From Phoronis australis (lineage: Eukaryota; Animalia; Phoronida), in NCBI GenBank assembly GCA_002633005.1, contig NMRA01000478.1:58898-94830 (forward strand): a stretch of DNA of 35,933 nt. Direction: 5' to 3'. Of the stretch, positions 11,573 through 23,600 are shown piece by piece; the first letter of the stretch is position 1; every line of letters starts with the position of its first letter. The position numbers were made by a program, and so were the translations under genes. Under the pieces are notes generated by a model. The model was not told where the DNA came from. It was given only the letters and a program-made list of their open reading frames with translations, and did no database searches.

Positions 11573-12152
11573 TTGTGCTCTCATCTATACAAGATTACGG
11601 TACTCACAAAGCAGACTGATGCAGTGGCTTGCAGGCAATTCATGTGAAACATTTCCCAAAAATGTGTTTAAGTGTTATGTGTAAGACATTTAAAACTTCA
11701 TTTTGACTCGTTTGGCTGGCTGAAGAACTGGTGAAACAATTACCTATTTCCGTTACAAACTTGGTAGTGCAGGAAACAAATTCCAATCAAAGCAAGGACT
11801 ATTATGAGACAGATTTCACAGGAGTAAAAAAACCAATTTGATTACTTTTTTCAGCCACATGAACAGAGCAAAATGTAGCTTTAGTTTGAAAATCCATTCC
11901 TTTTCCACTGACTGCCTAAAGTGACATTAAATCAGTGCTATGGAAACGGCCAATGTTTCAGTCCAATTTCTCCCTTGACTTTCAAGGAGGTCATTGAAAA
12001 TATGTCCAGGTTTACCACCATTGATTTGTTGTCATACAGTAACTGAATGAAATCAATTTACTATGTCACTGATGGATTCCGACAGAGTTAAACAGATTCC
12101 TAACCCAAACAAACTTGCAATTCTGTAATATGTGTGGACTCGTTTTAGCTAC

Positions 12153-12168
12153 AAAAAAAAAAAAAAAA
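12153..12168 (+). repeat. Poly(A) run (16 nt)
   Basis: Directly visible. No recognisable retroelement body upstream. Confidence 0.9.
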
Positions 12169-12985
12169 TCTGCCAGATTCCAGCATACCTGTTCACCCAG
12201 AATGGTGGCCTATGTTGAAATCTCCCCTACGAAGCCATATGGTAGGCAAGTAACATTTTGCTTCCTTTCAACTTTCCATAAAAACGTATAACATAAAATT
12301 ATTACTCTGTCATGTTGAAGTTATGCACCAAATTTACATATATTTTAAAACAAATTGTGGACATTTATAACAAAGGTCTTGAAATGAAAATGTTCAGTCT
12401 TGGCTATTGGTTTTGTTCGAAATTGACGAGATTTTACAAAAACACTTCACGCACTTGCACTGCAGAATGTTGGCAGATGACCAAAGCAATAGTTGTCACC
12501 ATTGTCAGAACCATAGCAAATAAGTAGAAAATTACCAGGTGAGACAGCCTTCAAATTAATCTCCAATAAATACGCAATTATCATACACACGCCTCATTGA
12601 CCTAACTAACGACACAATGAGATAAATCTGCTTAACATTCCCTATTGGAATTTTCAGGACAAAATCGGCTCCAACAAAATCTGCAGGAGTGCACACAAAA
12701 TGTCGACACGACGATCTCGCAAATTGCTGACAAAAACTGACAGAAATCCTTTTTTCTGAAAAAAAAAACTCCTAAAACTGTTAGGAATGCTCACAATTTT
12801 TCAAATTAGTTTTTGATGGTACCAGTAGAGGGCACAAAATTTGACATTGTCAAATCACTAATAAAAGTAAAACTTCAGCTATTACTGACACAACTATGGC
12901 AGATGGGTGACTTTCATTTTCTCATTTTTTCACAAGTTAAAAATATAAGGACGAGAATGAGGGTTTGCCACATCCAAGTTCTGTT

Positions 12986-13118
12986 ACCATAGCTAGCAAC
13001 ATAAAGTATTTTGAAAAATTGAGGGCATTCAAAACAATGTTAAAAGCCCTTGAAAAACTGAAAAGGTAAATTTTGGCAATTAATTTTGTTCAAAATTGGC
13101 AAGAGTTTACTGTAACTA
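12986..13118 (+). repeat. Old dispersed repeat fragment (related to 19173-19314)
   Basis: The collinear words ACCATAGCTA...TTTGAAAAATT...AACAATGTT..AAGC...TTTACTGnAnCTA occur at both loci with similar spacing. Confidence 0.5.
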
Positions 13119-14842
13119 TGACATTTATGAAAAAATAAAAAATACTGTTTAACTTTTATACTGTACACGGGCCAAGAGAGATTTTACACATGTATGTTGT
13201 ACGTGACACTAATGACAAAATGTATTATCTAAATAATTGTAAAAGACAAAACATTCCATTGAACACCTTACTTCAATTTCCCGCGTTGCAAAATTTACTG
13301 AAAGCGACTGTAGTGAAGAAGATGCAATTAAATTAAAAACCTTGATAACTAATGAAATGAAATTAAATTAACCCAGGTTGACTATGCATGTCGTTAAATT
13401 TTAATATCGAGATGACAAATGCACATGGCGCAAACACTTTGCAGTAACGCTTACCTATTGTACTTCATGGTTAATAATTAATAAACTGCACTGCACTTAT
13501 TTCAGCAAGGTACACAATCCATATCCTATGAAGACAAAGCAGGCCCTCAATGGACTCTCACAGAAACACAACAATCAGGGAATTACAACCAGCAGCAGTT
13601 CCCTTAAGTAGCCCAGTTAATTACTTAAAGCTTCTAATTACAGGGCGGTTACATAACTGCTAATTCTGTGTAACAACTACTCAAAGTGATCAGAGTGAGT
13701 ATAGTTGGCAGGCTCCTGTTAAACTCAACATGTTTATTTTGCATTAAGGAAGGAAAGATGAGAACTTACAAATGTAATCAAGCCTGGGGTGGGAGGGATT
13801 ACCATATAAACTAGAAGCAGCCTCAAGGTGTTTTGCAGGAATTAACCTGCTTGCCATTTGCTAAGTAATTAACTACGGCATTTTCAGTTTTTCCAGTCAT
13901 GTCTCGTCTTACGCTTGGGTCAGTGGCAGCATAAAATTCCGAGCATTGTAAAAAATTTCAATTTACTGCAACCATGCCACACTTAATTGAGATGATGTCA
14001 TCTTGTGCACTCAAGACTTGAATGCAAAATGGACAACATTCATTTTTGAACATTTCTATTTTAAATTTACACGTAGCGTCATATAGTTTAAAACACAAGA
14101 AGCTACGGTGTGTGCCCAAGGCACACCATTTTCACCATGACAGAAATAGTGCTGTAAGAGGTGTTAGCTTGCCTTATTTCGACCCAATTTGTGTGAGACA
14201 GTCACTAAACTAAATCAAAGCATTTGACACTCGCCATAGGGTGAAAAGAGACGCTCCAAGGTAACAGACAAACGGTACTCCTTGGGTTGATCGCCCATGA
14301 CACTTACATACATTTTTTTCGAGAAGTCAGGTTTGGCTGATCAGGACAGATGCCAGATCCTATATGCAAGAGCCAGATAAAATAGATTGTAGACAACAGT
14401 TAGTGGCTTACTAATTAGAATGAAGTTAGTATCATGTATATTAGTTCAGCAGCAACATTTTTTTTCAGCACACCTTCAATTTTTGTGACGTAAACATTAC
14501 TGCATGCAGCTTAACATGAGCAGTGTAATCCCACAGGAAATTAGTCATAAACTTGTCGCATAGATCCTACTGATAGAAAGTCGTATCCATCGTTATGTTG
14601 TTTTTCCTTCGTATAATAAAGATACAGTGTAATGACAACAGCATTTATCGGTAACTGGCTGATGTGCACCCAAGATACAATATCCATACGAAATGTATTG
14701 TTACGTCCAAAACAGACGCAGCAAAAGAAAACAATGGAAGTGTCTCATAGGTGATAAACCAAGCGACGCTCTTACGCCCGTCGTGTGGATCTCGCAAATT
14801 GTACAATATCCTGCGACCTCCATATGAAGTCATTTGGCATGG

Positions 14843-15132
14843 CAGTGGTGGATTTAGGCCAAGCCCCTGAAATTCTCCCACATACCATTTGGGAGCACGG
14901 GGTGCAAATTGCTGAGTAGCATATGCGCGCAACCAGGGTGTTCAGGGGGCGAATGCACAATGCACAGGCCTCGAAGAAACCCCCGTTTTCATTTTTTTAG
15001 TAAAAAGGTCTACAAACCCAAAATTCGAGACCCTTACATCCCTACATTTTAGGCTGGGCACCCGCATGTAGCGAAATTCTGGTTATTCCTCTGGCCTGCC
15101 TCCCCCAACTCAAAATCCTGGATCCGCCCCTG
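14843..15132. mobile_element. hAT-like MITE of the CAGGGGCGGATCCAGG-terminus type (290 bp)
   Basis: Left CAGTGGTGGATTTAGG vs reverse complement of the right end CAGGGGCGGATCCAGG (12/16). CATGG is duplicated at 14838-14842 and 15133-15137. The interior is GC-rich relative to its flanks. Confidence 0.7.
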
Positions 15133-15586
15133 CATGGGATTGTTTTTTTGCACATGCATTTGGTCATGTTAGGCAGATTGTACAGAATGACAATATTAGA
15201 GACCCCCTGAGCCTAAAGAACACAATTTCTTCACCTATGAGCAGGGGGCCCGGTATCAGTATTTTATTTGCCAAACAAGGCAAGTTTGCACTGAAACTGA
15301 CTAACAGTTATTTGAAGCAAACTGCATGCTTTTAAGGAACTAAAATTCAGATGAAAAGGGCATTTACAAAGACACAGGCAATTATAAACAAAATATCGGT
15401 CAAATAAAGTGGGAGTGAACGGTAAGCTAAACATGGGCTTTAATAGAAAACAATTGGAATTTTTCCAGGATGATGGTAAGCCAACCCCGAGCGCAAACCT
15501 GGACAGCGAGTATATACATATAGCACAAACTCTCATCAACTTGGCATACAATTTGGGGCACAAAGTAAAAACTTAATTCATTTATT

Positions 15587-16501
15587 ACTTGGCGAAATAA
15601 ATTTCGCCAAGTATATTGCTCTGACACTATGTTTGTTTTTTTTTTTTTTTTTTTTTTTTTTNNNNNNNNNNNNNNNNNNNNNNNNNNNNNNNNNNNNNNN
15701 NNNNNNNNNNNNNNNNNNNNNNNNNNNNNNNNNNNNNNNNNNNNNNNNNNNNNNNNNNNNNNNNNNNNNNNNNNNNNNNNNNNNNNNNNNNNNNNNNNNN
15801 NNNNNNNNNNNNNNNNNNNNNNNNNNNNNNNNNNNNNNNNNNNNNNNNNNNNNNNNNNNNNNNNNNNNNNNNNNNNNNNNNNNNNNNNNNNNNNNNNNNN
15901 NNNNNNNNNNNNNNNNNNNNNNNNNNNNNNNNNNNNNNNNNNNNNNNNNNNNNNNNNNNNNNNNNNNNNNNNNNNNNNNNNNNNNNNNNNNNNNNNNNNN
16001 NNNNNNNNNNNNNNNNNNNNNNNNNNNNNNNNNNNNNNNNNNNNNNNNNNNNNNNNNNNNNNNNNNNNNNNNNNNNNNNNNNNNNNNNNNNNNNNNNNNN
16101 NNNNNNNNNNNNNNNNNNNNNNNNNNNNNNNNNNNNNNNNNNNNNNNNNNNNNNNNNNNNNNNNNNNNNNNNNNNNNNNNNNNNNNNNNNNNNNNNNNNN
16201 NNNNNNNNNNNNNNNNNNNNNNNNNNNNNNNNNNNNNNNNNNNNNNNNNNNNNNNNNNNNNNNNNNNNNNNNNNNNNNNNNNNNNNNNTCATCATCTCCG
16301 TCGTTGTCTTTTCCGTTAATTTCGCCAAGTGTCGCACAAGACTGTAGCCTTTTTCTTACTGATTTCGGACTTCTACGTTCGTCATGTGTATGTTATTAAT
16401 ACTTCTTTTGTTCACCATCGTCGTCATATTCGTCATCTTCGTCATCATCTTTATCGTCATCTTTTTGATTAATTTCGCCAAGGTTCGCTCCTCGGAGCGC
16501 T
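15587..16501 (+). mobile_element. Helentron-associated non-autonomous element (HINE/DINE-1-like), spanning the assembly gap
   Basis: The 5' subTIR and adjacent inverted copy read ACTTGGCGAAAT-aa-ATTTCGCCAAGT (15587-15612). A T-rich simple repeat follows (T26 at 15636-15661). The 3' subTIR ATTTCGCCAAG (16472-16482) is followed by the stem-loop CGCTCC-tc-GGAGCG (16486-16499) and T-rich flanks. This is the known DINE-1/HINE layout. Contiguity across the gap is assumed. Confidence 0.7.
15662..16288. other. Assembly gap (627 N)
   Basis: Run of N. The three ORF-track entries crossing it are artefacts. Confidence 1.
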
Positions 16502-16505
16502 TTCA

Positions 16506-16580
16506 TTTATTTATTTATTGTGATATTTAAAATGAGGGTGGCCTCTTCAGTGATAGCACTGCTTTCCAAGAGAGCCCATT
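16506..16580 (-). mobile_element. 3' tail of an L2/Crack-type LINE or of a SINE that uses such a tail
   Basis: The minus strand reads GGGCTCTCTTGGAAAGCAGTGCTATCACTGAAGAGGCCACCCTC...AATAAATAAATAAA: a GC-containing stem-loop region followed by an (AAAT)n tail, as I recall for L2-group 3' ends. No ORF2 remnant was confidently seen. Confidence 0.5.
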
Positions 16581-19172
16581 TTACATAAAAAACAACTAGC
16601 ACAAAACAAAAGGCTTAATCAGTCTTGACCAGTGGATGTCATAGCTACCACTGGATGGTGTTTGAAAAAAACATGAGCATTCAGAATGTTATGGGCCTTT
16701 GAACAATGAAAACAGGCAAGTTTGATCTCTAGTTTCGGCCCTATGTGAGTGAGATTTTACCTAATTTTGCACAGATTCTTACAGAATGCAACATCCACAA
16801 AGAGATAAAGGGAACCACACCAAACCACAAGTCACAGCCAGAAACCGCAATCAAGCTGGTGTAGATAGCAATCTGTCTTGTAGCAGTCAAGCAAAAAACA
16901 TCGTATCAACAGCTGCAGTTTGAAAGTCAAAGAAGAGTGTTAGTTATTGATTTAACAAGATACAGAACCATGAATCTGTGAAGATGATATGCGGCCATTG
17001 TTCACAGTGAAAGTAATCACGTAAAAAGCATCCCTGATCTGCAGATAATGAGCATTTGGTGTGGTAAATTAAGCGTACAGTTGTGCTCGCAAGCTGGCAA
17101 ATTTCAAACAAATGGAATCATTGGAGATACTATAACCATGACGGGAGAAAGACTTGGCAAGATGATTAACACTGCAATGTACAGGTTTCCAGGAAGATGT
17201 AATATTATTAACTTAGCTTCAAAAACCGCAATCGACTAAGGAATAAATAAAGAGCTGTGTGAGAGACTTTGGCAGAATTATACATTTAAGATAAAATGTC
17301 ACTTGGCCAAAAGTATCCCCTTGGTTGTGATAAAGTCTGCCAGTTTGTGGAAAGAAATAATGGCCATCTGTAGACATTCTTTCATTTTTCACACTTTTCA
17401 CAATTCTTATCAGATGATAGCATTGGTATAGAACTTGAAATGGTATATAGCATTAATTTCGTGGGGGGTACAATTGGTGTAACGGGGGGAGGGGGCGAAT
17501 CCACCTTCTACCAAAAAATTACCTCGCAGAAGGCACAAGCATCTTTTCCCTCAGTTGAGCAAGGCCGTCAGCTCGCCCTGACAAGTTATAACGATTCACT
17601 GTTCTTTCCAAGCTAAGGTATAACCAGCTTCGTAATGGTGAATGTTCCAAATCAAACGTTGGTGCTTTGATGCATGGTGGATCTGCTCTAACAGTGCAAG
17701 TGCAACTCAATGGGAGACAGTGTTATTGTAGAGCCGACTATCACTCATACAATAATCATGTACCTTTTGTATTGACAATCGACCAGTGTAAGTGTTATAA
17801 TAATTCGCTGCAGGTCGTTTTCTAATCATTAGCAGCAGAAAATAGAGGACTGGCAAAGCACATGTTGTGGTTTCAAAGTAGACAGACAACCAAGCAATCT
17901 ATTCAGGTGTAACAATTGAGAATTCGATATTTTAGCACTTGACAATTTAGAGTAATGTACAAAATGACCTTTAGTGGGCCCTAAACTGGTTTCATTCACA
18001 AAGCATTTTGAAAATCCAAATACATTACTAAAGACAAAACAAAAGATAAGATTTCATCGAAACAGCTTTCAAAATTATGATTGAATTTCATGCAAATAAA
18101 GATTCAATTAACAGTTTTCTCACATATCCGGAAACAAATCAAGAGTTTTAATTAAATGAGGAATATAAAGCTCTGGTGTCTAAAATTATGAGATTAGTTT
18201 TCCAAAAACGGTAGTATTTCAGATTTTTAACAAAACAAATAAGCACTCAAAATTTTTCATATCATTACAAATAAGCAAGCCTTTTCAACTGAGTTTTGGA
18301 GAGTTAAAGATCATTCAAATTTAACAATCAAACAGCTTTAATGTTAACGCATTTTCAAAATCAAACAAAAATAATTTAATATACTTGATTTGAACAAATA
18401 CTCACAAACCAGGTGGTTTTTGTAAAAACTAAATTCACTCCTCTTTGCAAACTGAGACACCTCTCTCTCATCAAAGCCCTGGATCTTCAAGTTGTGTGAA
18501 TGCTCACACCCCAGGTGAAAACTGATACAACCAGCTTATACACCTGCCCCAGGTATTAAGGCCCTGATAAACATCAAACATTCAAAACCCATGAAGCACA
18601 AGTCAAAATCCTTTGTGAGCCAAATACCTGTGGAAAGTGATCCCCCACAGAAAGTCTGGCTGCCTTCACACTCATACAAATAGTCAGTGACAGGAGACAC
18701 AATGCTTGTATTGTCACAGTTGTTATCAAAGCATCAATGAGGACTTATCAATTTAAACAGTAGTCAAGTAGTCCTATTGTTGTCAGAATCAGAAGCTAAT
18801 TTCCATCTTCTGTCAAACTTCAATTATTTGTAACTTTGTTGTAATTTTCAACACAAGGGATTGAACTAGTTCTCAGAGAATTCCCCAAGGAATACATTTA
18901 ACCTGAAATGGAATTTTATGTAATCACAGTGTTATTCGCTCATCACAATCAACAGATTTTTTAGGCTGAAACGGCTTTAATAACTGATCTGACAGACACA
19001 GCTGGTGATCATTGACATATTTAGGTGCCACTGTCATAACTATGATTTTGACATGCACTACAATCCCACTAAATTAGGACGCAATATGAATGACAAGTGA
19101 TATTTTATTTTCTTATTTTTTCAAAAACAGAAAATAAAACCAGTCTCATTGTTTACCATTTGCACGTTCCAA

Positions 19173-19314
19173 ACCATAGCTACCAGTAGACAATTGTTTG
19201 AAAAATTTATCAGTCTCACAACAATGTTTGAAAGCGTTAACTGGCAAAATTAAAAAAGATCAATTTTAAAATTGATTTACACAGCCTAAACTTGGTGCAA
19301 TTTTACTGAAGCTA
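19173..19314 (+). repeat. Old dispersed repeat fragment (related to 12986-13118)
   Basis: Collinear shared words with 12986-13118. Confidence 0.5.
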
Positions 19315-19395
19315 AGGCAAAAATAAATGCCCACAACTCCACTGCAGTCAATAAACATGTTTTCCGTCAGTGATAGCCACGACAAAGGGTACAGG

Positions 19396-19455
19396 TTTGA
19401 GAACCAGTTAGATGCCAGCTAATCTTTGGAGAAAACTGGTTCTCAAAATGTGGAA
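19396..19455. repeat. Short palindromic repeat, copy 1
   Basis: Perfect 14-bp inverted repeat TTTGAGAACCAGTT (19396-19409) / AACTGGTTCTCAAA (19434-19447) with a 24-nt loop, followed by ATGTGGAA. Confidence 0.75.
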
Positions 19456-19800
19456 TACCTCTAAGTGAGTATAACCAGTGTATTCAATTGACCAACTCAA
19501 TCAAACTAATGTACAGCCAACACTTTAAACACACACATGGAATTCTTTCTCAGACTAGATAATCGGAAATCCTGACAGAGCACAGTCCGATCAAAAACCC
19601 TAAGGCAAGAAACAAGGAACAAGTTCATACTTAGAACAAACCCTCCGGAAACCAGGAATTAGGAGTAGCAGAAAACAATCATTGTTTCCTGATAAGCAGA
19701 CAGGGATGATGTCAGCGAGTCACGAATGTGGGACCATGACAGGGCTGAAAGTCAATGATTAAGAACTGACAGAATTATATCAAATTGGGCAGCAGTCACT

Positions 19801-19849
19801 TCCCGCAATTTTGAGAACCAGTTTGATTCCAAAAGTTCAAAATGCGGGA
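19801..19849. repeat. Short palindromic repeat, copy 2
   Basis: TCCCGCAATTTTGAGAACCAGTTTGATTCCA...TTCAAAATGCGGGA carries the same arm as copy 1 and an outer stem TCCCGCA/TGCGGGA. Confidence 0.7.
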
Positions 19850-20610
19850 CTGTTGTAAGTGACTACACGGTAAAGATTCTCCAATTTAAGACATGCTTTA
19901 GGATTTGGGACACAGAAAAACCAGCAGAAATTGAATTTTCTTGATTTTGGAATTTGGGACAAGGGTGATTTAGGTGTTCACCATGTTCCTTGCACTGTTT
20001 TCAATCTACAAAATCTGAAAGTCTGTGAAGTCGCCGCATATAACCACTAATGCAACATATTCATGCATCCCACAGAGTGTATGTATCAACCTGAATGATC
20101 GCTTGTTAATCTGACAAAAATCCTACCTTGACACACCAACCGGTCGGGATTGGGAAACTCAACCGGTTTGTCCACCTCAAAATCTGCCTGTTTAGATTAA
20201 AGACACCATGCTGTTGTGGTTAATTAAATCGCCTCTGGGTGCTGATGTTATCGTTCTCAAATTGCGAGACGCTCGAAAACACCAGTGGAAAAAACAAGAC
20301 CTATACCTTATTGTGTACCACCCGACATAGGTCATACGTCGCTGTTTCAATTTTCATCCGAAGTCAACTTAGATTTCAATGACAGGAGACTTTCTAAGGG
20401 GAACAGAATTTAATGAACAACTTGAAGTCGGTCCTCAGGAACACCATCACAAAAACCCAGTGGAACCACTGCCGACTATAGTATAGATTTTATGTTCTTT
20501 TTGCCAACTGCAAGGGTCTCGAAGTTCATACTGACAAATTAACATACCGGGCAACTATACTACCAGTAGTTCTAACCTTGGCGCTTTTAATCGAGCCAAG
20601 ATGGTACAGG

Positions 20611-20670
20611 TTTTTAGGTCTTCCTAAGCCTTAGGAAGACCTGTCCATGCACACTTTAAATCTGTCCGTT
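20611..20670 (+). repeat. Perfect hairpin resembling the 5' end of a second, truncated HINE-type element
   Basis: TTTTT then AGGTCTTCCTAAG-c-CTTAGGAAGACCT (20616-20642, 13-bp perfect inverted repeat), followed by CTGTCC...TCTGTCCGT, like a decayed GTCY microsatellite. No 3' subTIR was found. The hairpin is certain; the HINE assignment is inferred. Confidence 0.5.
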
Positions 20671-23600
20671 TGAAGTGGTGTGCAGAAGTTCACTCATGGA
20701 ACTTGGGGATTACTGGATTGCACATTACCTTGACAGATAACTCATAAATGTGTTGCACATGCAGCCCCAAAAACAGGTATTTAAATGCTTGAGAATTTCT
20801 TGAGTGACTCAAAACAGCTACTGAAAGACAAGTCATGACCATCCTTAGGTAATGAGTGGGGGTATTTTAATTGCTGTTTTCACATTTGTTGACTTGTGAT
20901 AAAATAAATGTGATGTACATTGGGCACAGGCTGTTACTTGACGACGATAGGCAAGACACGATCGTCGCTTCTAGAACCTTGATACGCAAACAACCGTTAT
21001 CTGAATATGCAGGACCCCGAATATTGTCAAGATGTTACATGGGATATAATAAGGCGTTTTCCACTGCTGCAGTTGGGTAAGTTGATTGTTTTGAAGTATC
21101 AGTAAAAGATCACTGTTTTATGACGACATCTTACGTCTTGAATGATTCACCGCGAGTGATCAAAACAATCTGTACCAATCACAAATCAGTCGATGTGCCA
21201 GTATTTGAATTGCTTGCTTTGAATGGTGCTGCACAAGATAAACAAATTGTTCAGGTTCATAATAGTGATCACCAAATCGCTGCCAATTCACACTAAGTCA
21301 GATGTTTGAGACTATGCAGAAGATATACAAAGGATGACCCCATGAGCATGTGCTGTTGGTATGCTACAAATTTGAATCAAGAATTTCCAACATGGAGATT
21401 TTTGCCATTTTTCCGGTAATTCTTGAAATTGGGATGGCCAGTCATAACTGCCTATTTCTTGAATTTGAGACATGTTCCGACCTTGAGCAAAATGACTAAT
21501 TTTTTAAGTTCCAAAGTGAAGAATTTTTACTGTATTACCTGCACTACGTAAAATGCAGTTAGTAATGTACAAAGAAGTATTTGAGCAAATTCGTCAATCA
21601 CACACACACATACTCCTATAACAAGGATGTGAACATCTCTAGAGGCACAGGTAGGTAAATAACTGGTCAGTACAACTGACCAGGGGCAAAATCAATAGGG
21701 TTATAACTCTGGATAATCTCGTTGTCAATAAGTAATAAGTAACAGTCCTTAGGCATGCTCACTAAACCAGAAACTCAGACATCCTTGACTGAGAATGGGG
21801 AATAATCAGATTGAAACTCAACAGCACCATGAATTTCACCGGTGCCTAGACAACAGCAAGTTTAGACTATTGACCTGAAATCAAGAGAATGCTACTATGT
21901 CTAGAGGATCACCTGAGTGAATTCTGACTCGAGGAAGCTGCCCCCTGGGCTTAAGTCCCCTTGATGCCAAGGATCATTTTAGAATAACATAACGTAACAA
22001 GCCATATTGACTCACATAGCCTCAAAGTCATAGAGTAATAAATTTAGAACCTAACGTATGATTCATGTTTTCGAATGTCTGCCCTTTATAGATTCGACTT
22101 TTCAGGGGGCTGAGGGTTGCATTTAAAAATGTGAGATTTCGTCGGTTACCTCATGATACACGATTACTGATAGTTGAACTGAATCAGCCATTTGCCTTCC
22201 AACTGATCCAAGCACAAAATCTACAGTGGGGATTTATATTTTCACAACAAGCGGCGGAACCCCATATCGCTAAAATTGTCATTTTGATACAGCACTGCAT
22301 TGTGGTAGTATAATATTCTAAATGCACTAAGTATAATTCAAGACAAAATCAGGCAAAACTGTGATACTTTCAGCTTGCCCATTGGCCTGAGTAAAGCAAT
22401 TACCATAACAGTGCATTAATGGATTTTTTACACACCAATGGCACGGGTGCGCTCCTTAAACTATTCCTGTGATGCGAATCCAAAATGGATCAGATTTGAA
22501 GAAGCTTCGTCTCTACAACCGTATGTTCCCTAAAACAGCTGTAGGATGGCCCATGAGCTAAAGTTATTAAGTAACTCATTATACTGCTCACTAATGCCTC
22601 TTTGTGTAATGATGACTTAGAGTTGCGATACATCCATTTTAAATTTGCCATGTCTTTTGAAACATCCTGTATTAAATTTCCTGATATTAATGATGGTTCT
22701 ATTAGTATGGTTGCGTGTCACGTAGCAAAAGTAAAGTATAGAATTATGAGCACACCGCCTTGAAATGTTTCTAATGAACACCTTGACATTTTACTGGAAC
22801 TAAGGAGTTTCAAGGTTATGCAGGACGTTTGGCTAACAACGGAACATCATATTTCAGAAATGGATGATTGCAGTATCAACATCAAATTTTCAAATACTAT
22901 GCTTTATCACTGTTTTCCAGAAACCTGTTAGGAATCGCTTTTAAAACGTTAAACTTTTGCATGAGGGGACTCTAACAATTTTATGAAAAACTCTCAAGTT
23001 GCATAAAACTAAAACCAAATGATATTTTACATAACTGCAGAAGGGTTTTTGAGATTTCATCCTGAACTTTTACATCAAACAAAATTTGATCATGTTGTTG
23101 ATACCATTGTTTTGCTATCAATGAACCTTTCTTTTTTACTATAATTTAATGAAAAGACACGACGTGGCTCAATAAATGGCAGATTAGAAAAAAGTCAAAA
23201 ATCAGATTCTTCAGGTTTTTTTACTTTCACAAAACATATTTTTATAGAGTAATTTTTGTTGTGTAGATATTTGGCTACTTGCCAAAACATTCTTCATATT
23301 AAACTTTATGTTATTTGAGAATTCCCTTTTCCAGTGGCTGACGGAAATTGAAGTTTTCAACAAACAAAAAAGAAAAAAAACTCAAGAGCTTCGAAAAGGA
23401 AAGCCCCACCCCCATACCGCTCTGCAAATAATTGTCAACGATTATCTGAGTCATAGAAGGTAGGTGTACCTGTTAATGCGACCTTGTATCATCAGTAAGA
23501 GATAACACAAGTGATAACGGACATTTGTCATACAAGGATTAATCCAGGATTTATCTAAAAGGTTACTAAAGGTTATAAACCCTTGGAGGGCATTTGCCTT

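Noticed and set aside
15627-16399. Long ORFs of 228-256 aa in the ORF track
   Set aside because: Artefacts of the N gap and poly(T) run.
15587-16482. Recurring ATTTCGCCAAG words as a CRISPR-like array
   Set aside because: The repeats are too short and irregular, there are no cas genes, the context is eukaryotic, and the subTIR architecture explains them.
16396-16506. Minus-strand acidic mini-ORF MKALRGANLGEINQKDDDKDDDEDDEYDDDGEQKKY
   Set aside because: It is the translation of the trinucleotide-like stretch inside the HINE repeat unit, with no evidence of coding function.
17219-17401. Minus ORF with YFFPQTGRLY / FGQVTF..LPKSL, faintly like LINE ORF2 C-termini
   Set aside because: The key WN-x-LP motif is absent and the similarity is too weak to call without a search.
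20929-21083. Possible plus-strand exon ending at a GTAAGT donor (open frame LLLDDDRQ...AAVG)
   Set aside because: No polypyrimidine tract at the acceptor, unrecognisable peptide and no partner exons.
22653-22671. Tc1/mariner-like right terminus TTTTGAAACATCCTG-TA
   Set aside because: No left TIR or transposase motif was found, and a lone short match is insufficient.
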